Part shown: positions 9,891 to 19,803 of the stretch, piece after piece
Position numbering within the stretch: position 1 is the stretch's first letter
Layout of the letters: every line of letters begins with the position of its first letter
Source of the DNA: an uncultured Actinomycetes bacterium
GTDB taxonomy: Bacteria; Actinomycetota; Thermoleophilia; UBA2241
DNA: 64,000 nucleotides
Direction of reading: 5' to 3'
Assembly (NCBI GenBank): GCA_963725665.1
Contig: CAVRZA010000011.1
Coordinates: 224,001-288,000, forward strand
The notes under the pieces: generated by a model
What the model saw: only the letters and a program-made list of their open reading frames with translations
Told to the model about the DNA's origin: nothing
The model's database searches: none
Made by a program: the position numbers and the translations under genes

Positions 9891-10463
9891 TCAGTGCGCC
9901 GGATAAGGGAAGAACTCATCCTTTTCCCCTGCCTCCCAGCGCCGGCGCATCTCCGGGTCCGAGAGGTCCCAGTCAGGACGGATGCGGCGTGAGATCGCCC
10001 GGAAGTCCTGCCGCAGCTCCTCTGGCGTAGGGCGCCCCCAATACCAGTAACCGTTGTAGATCCTGTACACCACGAGGCCCGGCTCCAGCATGACCGTGTA
10101 CGGCACGATCGGCTCGTGGTGCGGGTCGGTGTACTCGACGATGTCGAGCTCACGCTGCACGACCTTGCGCAGGTCCGAGAGGAACGGCCAGTGCGCGCCC
10201 AGGCTCTGTTTCCACTCCAGACAGCCGAGCACGCTGTCGGTCGACGAGATCGTGACGATCTTCGAGTAGGCCACGTCGATCTCGGGCTCCATCGCTGCCA
10301 GCAACACGTGCTGGCGGTGGTCTTTCGGTCAGTAGCTCCCTCGCGAGAGGACGAGGCACAAGGGGTCGTTTCCCTGGATCTCCGAGAGGCGATGCCTGTT
10401 GCCCGTCTCATCGGGCAGCTCGAAGTCGGGGAACGCGGAACCGGGCACGATGTCGGGGCGCAT
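9891..10463 (-). CDS. peroxiredoxin-like (AhpC/TSA, redoxin) protein, probable selenoprotein (U45)
   Basis: ATG 10463 after AGGAGG. FPDFELPDETG..LSE..LVLSRGSY-[TGA 10329-10331]-PKDHRQH continues in frame to ..WPFLSD..YNGYWYWGRP. The TGA sits at the redoxin CP cysteine position. Confidence 0.8.
10297..10315 (-). promoter_or_regulatory. candidate bacterial SECIS hairpin
   Basis: Perfect 7-bp stem GCCAGCA/TGCTGGC with loop CGTGT, starting 13 nt downstream of the in-frame TGA. Confidence 0.6.
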
Positions 10464-10669
10464 CGATCCTCCTGTTCGGACCGGGCCTCGCCCAGGGCAA
10501 GGCCTCCTTCGATAGACGAGTACCTCGCCGATGGCGGCTTCGAAACCGGCAGCGCCCTTGACCACGCACCGCTACCCCATCTCATCGTTCGCCGTCCTCA
10601 GGCCGATACGTATGACACCGGCAGCGTTCACACCCGACACGGCTGGAAGAGAGGTCGCAGACGCAGACG

Positions 10670-11053
10670 ATGAAGCCAGGGGATGCGCGAGAACACGCTG
10701 ATCGCCGCGGCCCGCAACCAGATCGAGACGCCGTGAGCGGCACGCCACGCGATCGAGTGCTCTTCTGGCTTCTGCTCGGCCTCTGGGCCTTCAACGCCAC
10801 CGACCTGCTGCTCACGCGGCGCGCCATCGCCCTCGGCCGGGCGCAAGAGGCCAACGGGGTGATGAGGGTGCTGTTGCAGGCCGGCAGCCTACCGGCGTAC
10901 ACCTTCAAGATCGGCTTCGTGACCCTCGGCGTAGTCCTGCTCTGGCGGCTGCGGTCGCATCACGCCGTGCTGCTTGCCGCCACACTCCTCGCCGCATCCT
11001 TCGCCGTTGTAGTCAGCTACGAGGCTCTCTGGGTCTGGAGCCTCATGCGCTAG
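10670..11053 (+). CDS. small membrane protein, DUF5658-like
   Basis: NATDLLLT..G.AQEANGVM..K pattern with three hydrophobic segments. Confidence 0.65.
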   Translation: MKPGDAREHADRRGPQPDRDAVSGTPRDRVLFWLLLGLWAFNATDLLLTRRAIALGRAQEANGVMRVLLQAGSLPAYTFKIGFVTLGVVLLWRLRSHHAVLLAATLLAASFAVVVSYEALWVWSLMR

Positions 11054-11144
11054 GATCGCGAACCTGCTTCGCACGTGCGGCCGCGCGACCGTCGTCCATC
11101 GTCCGAGCCGGCGTTGCCCCACGCCTCGTTGTGTGGCGCCGCCT

Positions 11145-11220
11145 CACCCCAGCGCTGTCTCACCCCTCAGCGCCGTCTCACCCCTCAGCGCTGCCCCACC
11201 CCTCAGCGCTGCCCCACCCG
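11145..11220. repeat. 18-bp tandem repeat (about 4 copies)
   Basis: CACCCCTCAGCGCTGCCC-like units overlapping the 3' end of the ABC ATPase gene. Confidence 0.8.
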
Positions 11221-13382
11221 GCGCGCTGCAGCTCGCGCAACTCGTCGGGAGGGATGTGGCAGAGGTACCGATGGCCGCCGCCTGCATCACGCCACGGCGG
11301 CATCACGTTCACACAGATGTCGCCCAGGAAGCGGTGGCAACGCGTGTGGAAGCGGCATCCACTGGGCGGCTCAGCCAGGCTCGGCACCGGCCCGCCGAGC
11401 GGGATGCGCTCGTGGGGATGCTCAAAGTCGAGCGTGGGAATGGCCGACATGAGCGCCTCGGTATAAGGGTGCTGCGGCGGGGTGAACACATCTTCGGCCG
11501 ACCCGATCTCCATGAGCTTGGCGAGATACATGACGGCGATCCGGTCGGACAGATAGCGCACTACTGCCAGATCGTGCGAGATGAAGATGTAGGAGACACC
11601 CTCTGTCGCCTGCAGCTCCGCGAGCAGATTGAGGATGCTGGCCTGCACCGAGACGTCGAGGGCCGACGCCGGCTCGTCGCAAACGACCAGCGTCGGCCGG
11701 CCGGCGAACGCGCGCGCGATGGCGATGCGCTGCTTTTGGCCGCCCGACAGCTCGGTCGGCTTCGCCTCGAGGTGCTGCCTCTCTACCCGGACACGCTCGG
11801 CGAGCTCCTCGACGCGCTTGCGGCGCTCGTTCCCGCTCAGACCGCCGAGCCGACCGACGGCCCGGCTCAGGATCCCACCCGCCGACCACGCGGGGTTGAG
11901 CGTGGCATCGGGGTTCTGGAAGACCATCTGGATGGCGCGCAGCGTGTCGAAGCCACGCTTCGACACGCTGTCGGCCAACAGATGGTCGCGGAAGCGCAGC
12001 TCGCCGCTATCGGGAGAAAGGAGCCCGGTGACGCAGTTGGCGAGGGTGGTCTTGCCGCTGCCGGACTCGCCGACCAGACCCAGGATCTCGCCGGCGCCGA
12101 CCTCGATGCTGACGTCGTCGACCGCACCGACGCGTCGACGGCCGTCCTTGAAGACCTTCGAAAGGCCGCCGACGACCAGGGTGCTGCCGCCGGACGGCGG
12201 TCCCGCCACTGGCCCGGCGGCTGCGGCAGGCACTGCCGTTTCGGCCGACGCGCCGGCTGCCGCCGGCCGCACAGGTGCCGCCGGTCGGGCGGCCGCCGCT
12301 CTCATACTCGGCACCAGCTCCGAGAAGTAGCAGCGCGCGCGTCGCGCTGACACGTCGGTCGCACTGCTCCCGGGATCGAGCGCCGGTCCAGGCCACGCGA
12401 ACAGATCGGGCTCGCGCGCGCGGCACTCCGGCTGCACGAGCTCGCAGCGCGGCGCGAAGACGCAGCCCGGCAGCTCGCTGCCGAGCCGCGGCAGGAACCC
12501 TGGGATGGGCACCAGTGTCGACTGGTCCTTGCGCGCGCCGAAGCGCGGCACGCAGCGCAGCAGGCCCATCGTGTAGGGGTGGCGCGGGTCGGTGAACAGG
12601 TCGCGGGCCGGCCCACCTTCGACGATCCGGCCCGCGTACATCACACCGACCCGCTCGCACAGTCGCGCCACGAGGCCGAGGTTGTGGCTGATCAGAAGGA
12701 TCGCCGCGTCGATACGCTTGCGCAGCTCCTCGATGAGGTCGAGCACCTCGGCCTCGACCGTGGCGTCGAGTCCGGTCGTGGGTTCGTCGAGCACGAGCAG
12801 GCGCGGGTCGCCGGCCAGCGCCATAGCGATCACCACCCGTTGCTGCTGGCCGCCCGAGAGCTGGAACGGGTAGCGCCGTAAGACCACGCCGGGGTCGGGC
12901 ATGGCGACGCGCTCGAGCGCGCCGCGGGCGCGCTCGAGCGCGTCGCGCTTGGACAGCCCGAAGTGGAAGCGGTAGACCTCGGCGACCTGGTCGCCGACGC
13001 GGATCGACGGGTTGAGCGCGGTGGCGGGGTCCTGGTAGACCATGCCGAGCTTGGTCCCACGAAGCTCGCGCAGCCGTTCCGCGGGCAAGCTCAACATGTC
13101 GTCGCCATCGAAGGTGATACGCCCCCGGTCGACGCGCCCGTTCAGCGGCAGATAGCGCATCAGCGCCAGGGCCGTCGTCGTCTTGCCGCAACCCGACTCG
13201 CCGACCAGACCGTAGGCCTCGCCGGCACCGATCTCGAGCGACACGCCCGTCACGACCGGCAGCTCGCGGTCGCGGCGCACGAAGGTCACGTGCAGGTCGT
13301 CGATCTCGAGGACCGGGACGCCGGCCCGCCGCACGGGATCAGGAACGTCGCGCATGTGCGTCATGGCGCCGTCCCCTGTCAT
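11178..13382 (-). CDS. peptide/nickel ABC transporter, fused double ATPase (DppD-DppF-like)
   Basis: Two Walker A motifs (GESGCGKT, GESGSGKT), two LSGGQ signatures, HPYT and Cys-rich oligo_HPY C-terminal domains. Confidence 0.92.
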   Translation of the reverse strand: MTGDGAMTHMRDVPDPVRRAGVPVLEIDDLHVTFVRRDRELPVVTGVSLEIGAGEAYGLVGESGCGKTTTALALMRYLPLNGRVDRGRITFDGDDMLSLPAERLRELRGTKLGMVYQDPATALNPSIRVGDQVAEVYRFHFGLSKRDALERARGALERVAMPDPGVVLRRYPFQLSGGQQQRVVIAMALAGDPRLLVLDEPTTGLDATVEAEVLDLIEELRKRIDAAILLISHNLGLVARLCERVGVMYAGRIVEGGPARDLFTDPRHPYTMGLLRCVPRFGARKDQSTLVPIPGFLPRLGSELPGCVFAPRCELVQPECRAREPDLFAWPGPALDPGSSATDVSARRARCYFSELVPSMRAAAARPAAPVRPAAAGASAETAVPAAAAGPVAGPPSGGSTLVVGGLSKVFKDGRRRVGAVDDVSIEVGAGEILGLVGESGSGKTTLANCVTGLLSPDSGELRFRDHLLADSVSKRGFDTLRAIQMVFQNPDATLNPAWSAGGILSRAVGRLGGLSGNERRKRVEELAERVRVERQHLEAKPTELSGGQKQRIAIARAFAGRPTLVVCDEPASALDVSVQASILNLLAELQATEGVSYIFISHDLAVVRYLSDRIAVMYLAKLMEIGSAEDVFTPPQHPYTEALMSAIPTLDFEHPHERIPLGGPVPSLAEPPSGCRFHTRCHRFLGDICVNVMPPWRDAGGGHRYLCHIPPDELRELQRAGWGSAEGWGSAEG

Positions 13383-14296
13383 TCCGCCAGCGCCTTGCGC
13401 AAGCCGTCGGCCACCAGGTTCGCGCCCACAACGAGGGTGGCGAGAGCGAGTGCGGGAAACGTGACCGCCCACCACGCTACCTGGATCACTTCCTTCTGCT
13501 GCGAGATGGTCAGCCCCCAGTCGGCGGAAGGCGGCTGGACGCCAAACCCGAGGAACGACAGCGTCGCAGCGGTGAAGACCGCGTAGCCGAGTCGCACTGT
13601 GCCTTCGACGATGACCGGCGAGAGGATGTTGGGCACGATCTCCGCGGCCATGATGAAGCCGGCCCGCTCGCCCCGCAGGCGCGCGGCCTGTACGTACTCC
13701 TTCTCGCGCTCCGACACGACGGCCGCGCGGATGGTACGCGCGACCGGGGCCATGAAGAGGATGCCGATCGTCACAGTGATGGCTGCCAGAGAGTGGCCGA
13801 GGGCGGAGACGACGACGATCGCCGCGACAATGATCGGCAGGGCCAGCAGCACGTCGACGCCGCGCATCGTGACCTCGTCCGTGTACCCCTTGTAGAAGCC
13901 GGCGATCAGGCCGAGGGCTCCGCCCATGAGCAGCGCCAGGAGCGTGGCGAGCGGCGCGATGACCAGTACCGTGCGAGCCCCCGCGAGCGTGCGCGAGAGC
14001 ACGTCGCGGCCCAGGTTGTCGGTCCCGAACCAGTGCAGCGAGCTCGGCGGCTTGAGGACGTTGAAGAGGTCGGTCTCGAACGGACCCCAGCGCGTGATGT
14101 AGGTCGAGAACAGCGCCATGAAGATCCAGAAGAGAAGGATCCCGAGACCGATGAGGAACGTGGGGCTGCGCCGCAGAGCGCGAACCACGTAGCGGCGGCG
14201 GAGCTGCCGTTCCGTCGGCTCCGCGGCCAGCTCGATGGCGGCCAGGTCCTCGAAGGGACTGGGCTCGGGCAGTGGCTCGGGGGTTCGGAGGGCCAT
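13379..14296 (-). CDS. peptide ABC transporter permease (DppC-like)
   Basis: HWFGTDNLGRDV, EYVQAARLRG, LSFLGFGVQPPSADWG. Confidence 0.92.
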   Translation of the reverse strand: MALRTPEPLPEPSPFEDLAAIELAAEPTERQLRRRYVVRALRRSPTFLIGLGILLFWIFMALFSTYITRWGPFETDLFNVLKPPSSLHWFGTDNLGRDVLSRTLAGARTVLVIAPLATLLALLMGGALGLIAGFYKGYTDEVTMRGVDVLLALPIIVAAIVVVSALGHSLAAITVTIGILFMAPVARTIRAAVVSEREKEYVQAARLRGERAGFIMAAEIVPNILSPVIVEGTVRLGYAVFTAATLSFLGFGVQPPSADWGLTISQQKEVIQVAWWAVTFPALALATLVVGANLVADGLRKALAE

Positions 14297-14302
14297 CGGC
14301 CC

Positions 14303-15250
14303 CTACCGCCCGTACCTGACGCGCGGGTCGAGCAGTGCAACGATCAGGTCGGCCGCGAGGTTCGAGAACATGTAGATGGCGGCGATGACGAGCACGGTCG
14401 CCTCGAGGGTCTTGACGTCCTTGAGCGTGGCCGAGTCGATCATGAGCTTGCCGATGCCGGGGTAGCCGAAGAGCGTCTCGACGACGACGAGGCCGCCGAC
14501 CAGCCAGCCGACCTGAGTACCGATGACGGCCACTGTGGGTGCCATGGCGTTGCGCAGCGCGTGGATGAGCACGACGCGGCGTCGTGGCAGCCCCTTGAGC
14601 GTCGCCGTCCTCACGTACGGCATCTCGAGGGCCTCGATCATGCCGTACCGGGCCATCCGCGCGATGTACCCCAGCTCGACGAACATGAGCGGGATGGCGG
14701 GGAGGATCATGTAGTGGATGCGGGTCAGCGGATCGGCGCCCGCCGGCGGCGTCGCCGGGTACGGGAACCAGTGCAGCGCGACGGCGAACAGGACGATCAA
14801 CACGACGCCGCTCACGAACTCGGGCACCACAGTAAGGGACAGGCTCGTCACGGTCACGGTGCGATCGACCACCCCGTCGCGGCGCAGCGCCGCGACCACG
14901 CCTAACACGATCGACAGAGGCACGATGATCACCAGCGCGAGCGCCGCCAGTTGCAGCGAGTTCCAGAGCCGCTGCATGGTGATCGAGAAGATCGGGACCT
15001 GCAGGATGGGCGACTGACCCCAGTGCCCCGTGATGAAGCCGCCGAGCCAGTCGACGTAGCGTTGCAGGAGCGGCTTGTCGGCGCCGAGCTGGTGGTCGAG
15101 CTGGGCGACCGCCTCAGGCGAGGCGTAGGGCCCCAGGATCTCGCGGCCGATGTCGCCCGGCACGATCTCCTCCATGAGGAAGATCAGGATCGAGACGACC
15201 AGCAGCGTCGGGATGATGAACAACAGGCGGCGACCGATGAGACGAGTCAT
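14303..15250 (-). CDS. peptide ABC transporter permease (DppB-like)
   Basis: VPGD, YVRTATLKGL, HALRNA, VETLFGYPGIG. Confidence 0.92.
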   Translation of the reverse strand: MTRLIGRRLLFIIPTLLVVSILIFLMEEIVPGDIGREILGPYASPEAVAQLDHQLGADKPLLQRYVDWLGGFITGHWGQSPILQVPIFSITMQRLWNSLQLAALALVIIVPLSIVLGVVAALRRDGVVDRTVTVTSLSLTVVPEFVSGVVLIVLFAVALHWFPYPATPPAGADPLTRIHYMILPAIPLMFVELGYIARMARYGMIEALEMPYVRTATLKGLPRRRVVLIHALRNAMAPTVAVIGTQVGWLVGGLVVVETLFGYPGIGKLMIDSATLKDVKTLEATVLVIAAIYMFSNLAADLIVALLDPRVRYGR

Positions 15251-15311
15251 GTCGCCACCGTCACTGCCATGTGACGCAGGGTACCACCTATGTCGGTCGG
15301 GCGCGTCCCGG

Positions 15312-16965
15312 CTAGCTGAGGTACGTGGTCGTCAGGTCGAGGAACTCGGCCGGGTCGGAGGTGAGCCCCTGCACGTTCTTCTTCATGGCCCGGTTGACGC
15401 TGATCCAGTACGCGATGATGTACGGCGTCTCGTCGGTGAGGATCGAGGCCGCCTGCTCCGCGTACGTGCGTCGTTTCGCCTCGTCGATCGTGCCGTCGTA
15501 GTTCTTGGCGGCGGCGTCGAACTGCGGGTTCTTGAAGTGAGCCGAGTTCCAGACGCCCTTCGAAGTGCTGGTGGGTAGGAAGTACTGCGTCGGGCACGCC
15601 GCGGAAGGTCCAGTCGGTGATGCCCATGGGCACCTCGAGCCAGGGTTGATTCTTGCCGGAGCCGTACTAGTATGTGACGGTCACCTGGTTGAGGTTGAGC
15701 TTGATGCCGGCCTTGGCCGCCATCTGCTGCAGGAGCTGTGCGTACTGCGGGATCTCTTCGTACTCCTCCACGTTGAGGTTCATGGTGACGCCGTTCGGCA
15801 TGCCGGCGTCGCTCAGGAGCTGCTTGGCCTTGGCGATGTCCTGGGTGCGCTGTGGGATGTTCTTGGGCGCAAGCGGGTAGAGCGGACAGAAGACGTTGTC
15901 GTTGCCCACGATCGCCTTGCCGCTGAACAAGGCGGAGACGAGCGCTGGGCGGTCGATCGTGTAGGCGAGCGCCTGCCGCACGCGCTTGTCGGTGAACGGC
16001 GCCTTGTCGACCTGCATGTGCAAGAAGCGGCTCTGCGTCGAGGGCGTCGTGAGCACCTTGACGTTGGGGTCGGAGAAGAGGGCCTGCGCGCCCTGCACCG
16101 GCGTGACGAGCATCACGTCGACACTGCCGGACTGGAGCGCCAGCGCCTGGGCCTGGGTCTCCTCGGTGAACGTCACGTCGACGCCGTCGAGGTAGGGCCT
16201 GCCGGTCTGCCAGTAGGTGGGGTTCTTGACGAACGTGGCGCTCTGCTTGGCCACGTAGTTCGTCATCTTGAACGGGCCGGTGCCCACGGGGTTCTTCTGC
16301 CAGGTGCCGGCCTTGAAGGTCGAAGGCAGGATGAGGCAGTCGTAGTTGGTCGAGGCGACGAAGTAAGGGAAGTCGGCGAACGCTTGGTCGAGGTGGAAGG
16401 CGACCGTGGCGTCGTCGACCTTCTGCACGCCGCCCTGCGAGAGGACCCCCTGGAACGACGACAGGGCGGCCGACACCGTCTTGGGGTCGAGCAGGATGTT
16501 CATCGTCGACACCACGTCGTCGGCGCCGAACGGCTTGCCGTCCTGGAACGTGACGCCTTGGCGCAGGTTGAACGTCCACACGGTGCCGTCGGCGTTCGGT
16601 GACCATTTCTCGGCTAGCACCGGCCGCAGCGAAAGGTCGTTGTTGACCCAGATGAGGTATTCGGCGACCTGCTGCGCGATGGCGATCGAGCCCGTGTCGT
16701 ACATCGTCGTGGGATCGACGGCCACGATCGGCGACGCCATGGTGATCTTGAGCGTGCCGCCGGCCTTGGGCACCGCGGAGGCACTGGCTGACGCGCTGGT
16801 CTCAGTGGTCCCGCCGCCGCAGGCGGCCAGCAGCCGGCCGATGGCGGTGGCGGACAACCCGACCACCGTAGCCCGCACGAGGAGCTGCCGTCGTGTCATG
16901 CGCCCCTTCACCACCTCTTGAAGAAGGTGGTCGGCGTACTCTTGCTGGAACGGCGTGTCGGTCAT
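15312..16965 (-). CDS. peptide ABC substrate-binding protein (family 5, Tat lipoprotein), interrupted by an in-frame TAG and a frameshift
   Basis: RRQLL Tat motif, LAAC lipobox, WTFNLRQGVTFQDG, GTGPF. TAG at 15667-15669 (TY*YGSG) and an extra base near 15592, after which the frame continues ..WNSAHFKNPQFD..TYLS*. Confidence 0.82.
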
Positions 16966-17115
16966 GCGTGGCCCCCAGACTGTCCATCGTCCCCGTCGGC
17001 TGCCGTGGGTACCGCACGGCGCTTCGGCGCGGGACGTACCGAACCAGGTGTCCTCGGACGAGCGGAGCAGGGAGCTATCAGGTACCGTCCCGGCGACCGC
17101 CCCTCCGTGGCTCGC

Positions 17116-17144
17116 ATTGTACGCGCGGCCAAACGGTCCTACAA
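17116..17144 (-). promoter_or_regulatory. sigma70-type promoter of the ABC operon
   Basis: TTGTAG-N17-TACAAT about 150 nt upstream of the SBP start. Confidence 0.55.
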
Positions 17145-17231
17145 CGGAACGCAGGCCTGCGGACGCAGGCTCTGCGGACGCAGGCCGTTGGCGCAACGTT
17201 ACGCGGCGTCTCGCGCGAGCGACCAGCGCCG

Positions 17232-18584
17232 TCACACCGACAGCGCCGCAAGAAGCGCTCGCCTTCCCTTCTTGAACTCGTCCACTTCCGGCCAGTCGAC
17301 GCTGTCGTCGGCGTAGCGAGCCCGCTCGTAGAGCGTGACGAGGCGGGCGACGGCCCCACGCGCGAGGCCGCCGTCGCCCGCCTCCCCCGGCAGCGAGCCC
17401 AGATAGCGCCGCACGCTCCACGACGGCTCGCGCACGTATCCGTTCCTTCGCAGCGACCGTTCGAGCCGACGGTACTCCGCGCGTAGCGCCTCTGTCGGCG
17501 TCCGCGGACGGGCCCCACGCACGAGCCGTGACAGCCGATCGACCAACCTGCGGCCGGCGGCCCGCACCTCGGCCGCCGGCCGCACGAGCTGCTCGCGCTC
17601 CTCCACGGCCGTCTCGTCCTCGGTGTCGCGCTCGATCCTGAACGAGCGCAGCAGGAGACGCAGCGCCAGCATCGCGAGGACGACCAAGAAGACCAGACCG
17701 AGGACCTCGGGCACCGCAGACCGTGGGTGCGCCTGCGGCTGCTTGATGATCCTGAAAGCCGTCGTCGACGGCGGCCGCATCTCCGGCAGGTGCGGGTGCA
17801 GGTTGAAGACGCTGGCGAGGGAGGCAAGCCCGCGTAGGACGAGATAGCCGACGGCGGCGATGACGTAGCCGACAGCGTCCAGCAGCCCGTGAAGCGCCAC
17901 CAGCACGAGCCCGCCCAGCCACGCCAACGGTCCTCCCGCCGGAACGGCCGCGACGAGCGCGGCCAGCGCCAGGGCGAACAGGCCGGCGGCCACGACGCCC
18001 GCGGTCCAGCGCCAGACCGAACGGCCGCCCTCGATGGCGCGCAGTGTCACCAGCGCACGCGCGACAGCGATCAGCGCGAGCCCGGCGAGGACCACGAGAG
18101 CGACGATAATCCCCGACCCGGCCAGAGGCTCCCGGGCGCCGTACGAGACGAGCACAAGGGCGAAGATGAGGACGAAGGCGCGCACCGCGCGCCTGAACGC
18201 CCGCTCGGGATCGATCTCGGCGCGACCGGCGAGCAGGCCGAGCTCCAGCGACACACCAATGAAGACAGTGCTGCGCACGACCACGGCCACTACTTGCCCC
18301 AGCCCCTGCGGCGACGCGACGGCGATCAGGGCGGCGGCGGCGGCAAAGCCCAGGGCGAGCAGCAGCAGGCGGTAGGGCAGCGGCGCGGGCGCGGTGCCCA
18401 CGGCGCCGCCGGCGCCGCGTGCCGCCGCCGCCAGTAGCGCCGCGCCCGCCACGACCGACCAGCAGACCAGGATGACGGGCGCCGGCGGCGCTGCCACGAG
18501 CAGCGCCGCCAGCGCCCCCAACCACAGCGCCTCAAGGAACGTCGCCAGGAACAGGCGGACGAGGTCAGGCCAGCGGGAGCTCAT
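17232..18584 (-). CDS. DUF4129-type membrane protein
   Basis: Multi-TM N-terminus; C-terminal YRRL..LVTLYERARY motif; lies downstream of DUF58/MoxR. Confidence 0.7.
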   Translation of the reverse strand: MSSRWPDLVRLFLATFLEALWLGALAALLVAAPPAPVILVCWSVVAGAALLAAAARGAGGAVGTAPAPLPYRLLLLALGFAAAAALIAVASPQGLGQVVAVVVRSTVFIGVSLELGLLAGRAEIDPERAFRRAVRAFVLIFALVLVSYGAREPLAGSGIIVALVVLAGLALIAVARALVTLRAIEGGRSVWRWTAGVVAAGLFALALAALVAAVPAGGPLAWLGGLVLVALHGLLDAVGYVIAAVGYLVLRGLASLASVFNLHPHLPEMRPPSTTAFRIIKQPQAHPRSAVPEVLGLVFLVVLAMLALRLLLRSFRIERDTEDETAVEEREQLVRPAAEVRAAGRRLVDRLSRLVRGARPRTPTEALRAEYRRLERSLRRNGYVREPSWSVRRYLGSLPGEAGDGGLARGAVARLVTLYERARYADDSVDWPEVDEFKKGRRALLAALSV

Positions 18585-19782
18585 CCGCCTTCCTCCAGTC
18601 GAGGTCCCTGGCCACGCGCAGGTCGACGAGCTCGGTGTAGGCCGCGGGCGGCTCGCCCACGAAGACGACGTGTGTCGTCGCCTCCCCACGCAGCGCGGCG
18701 ACGACCCGTGCGAGCGCTTCATCGAGCGTCGCCGTGACCACCACGTAGTCGGTCGAGTCGCGCGGGGTCGCTGCCTCGAGAGCGAGCAAGACCTCGAATG
18801 GCGATGGCGGGAAGAGCACCACGCGCGCCAGCGTCTCGAGGATCTCGTCCAGCGCGCCCGGGGCGGGGTCGATGGCGACGCCGCCGGGCGCGTTCGTGAG
18901 GTAGGCGTTCGAGAGCAACCCCACGCCGAAGCCGAGCGCTGAAAGACCCGCGGCGAGCGAGGCGGCGACCGTGCAGAGCAGCTCAATGACCTCGGCGTCG
19001 AACCCCTCGTAGAAATAGCGCACCGTGCGCAGGTTGAGGGCGATCAGCGCCTGCGCCGTCACTGTCGGTTCGAAGCGGTTGCTCACCAACCGCTGCCGGC
19101 GCGCCGTAGCGCGCCAGTTGATGACCCGCAGCGGATCGCCGGGCCGATAGGGACGAGCACCGACGAGCCCCGTCGGATCGCGTGCAAGGGAGACACGGGC
19201 CGGCGCGTCGACCTGAGGTCGGCCCACGAGCAGCGGCAGACCCGGCATCTCCAGGACCTTGGGCAGCACGATGAGCTCATCCACGGCGGGCAGCTCGCAG
19301 TCCACCGCGGCGACGCCGAACGGGTCGCCAGCCTCAGCGAAGGCGGGACCGAACTGATGCACACCGCGCTCGCGACACACGCCGCGACGCCGCCGGCTCA
19401 CCCGTTCCCACCAGCGCACCGAGTAGCTTTGGTCGAGGATCTCGCTCACCTGGTATCCGGAGGGACGCAGCGAGAAACCGAGCGGCTCGACGGCCACCGG
19501 CCAGCGGTCGCGCACCTGCAGCCAGATCACGGGCAGCCACTTGCGGTTCGTCACCTCGAGTCGTACCTCGATCTCGCCGCCCCACCCGATAACGCGCTGA
19601 GGGAACGAGCGCGAGTACACGAGGCGATCGAGGACGTGGGCACGCGCGTACACGACGACGACCCCGAGGAGCAACGCCGCCAGCGAGGCGACCACGAGGG
19701 GACGAGAGCCCACGAGGCCGCCGGCGACCACGCCGGCAAGCGTGAGGAAGAGGACGATGCGCAGCGTCACGGAGTGCGGCAC
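18565..19782 (-). CDS. DUF58 domain protein
   Basis: RGVHQFGP..GDPFG, RPYRPGDPLRVINWRATAR. Confidence 0.88.
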   Translation of the reverse strand: MPHSVTLRIVLFLTLAGVVAGGLVGSRPLVVASLAALLLGVVVVYARAHVLDRLVYSRSFPQRVIGWGGEIEVRLEVTNRKWLPVIWLQVRDRWPVAVEPLGFSLRPSGYQVSEILDQSYSVRWWERVSRRRRGVCRERGVHQFGPAFAEAGDPFGVAAVDCELPAVDELIVLPKVLEMPGLPLLVGRPQVDAPARVSLARDPTGLVGARPYRPGDPLRVINWRATARRQRLVSNRFEPTVTAQALIALNLRTVRYFYEGFDAEVIELLCTVAASLAAGLSALGFGVGLLSNAYLTNAPGGVAIDPAPGALDEILETLARVVLFPPSPFEVLLALEAATPRDSTDYVVVTATLDEALARVVAALRGEATTHVVFVGEPPAAYTELVDLRVARDLDWRKADELPLA

Positions 19783-19803
19783 GGCGGTCGCGACGGCCGG
19801 CGA

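Noticed and set aside
10582-10609. Third sigma28-like promoter (TCAT-N16-GCCGATAC) before the DUF5658-like gene
   Set aside because: Both boxes deviate from the consensus; too weak without a genome-wide model.
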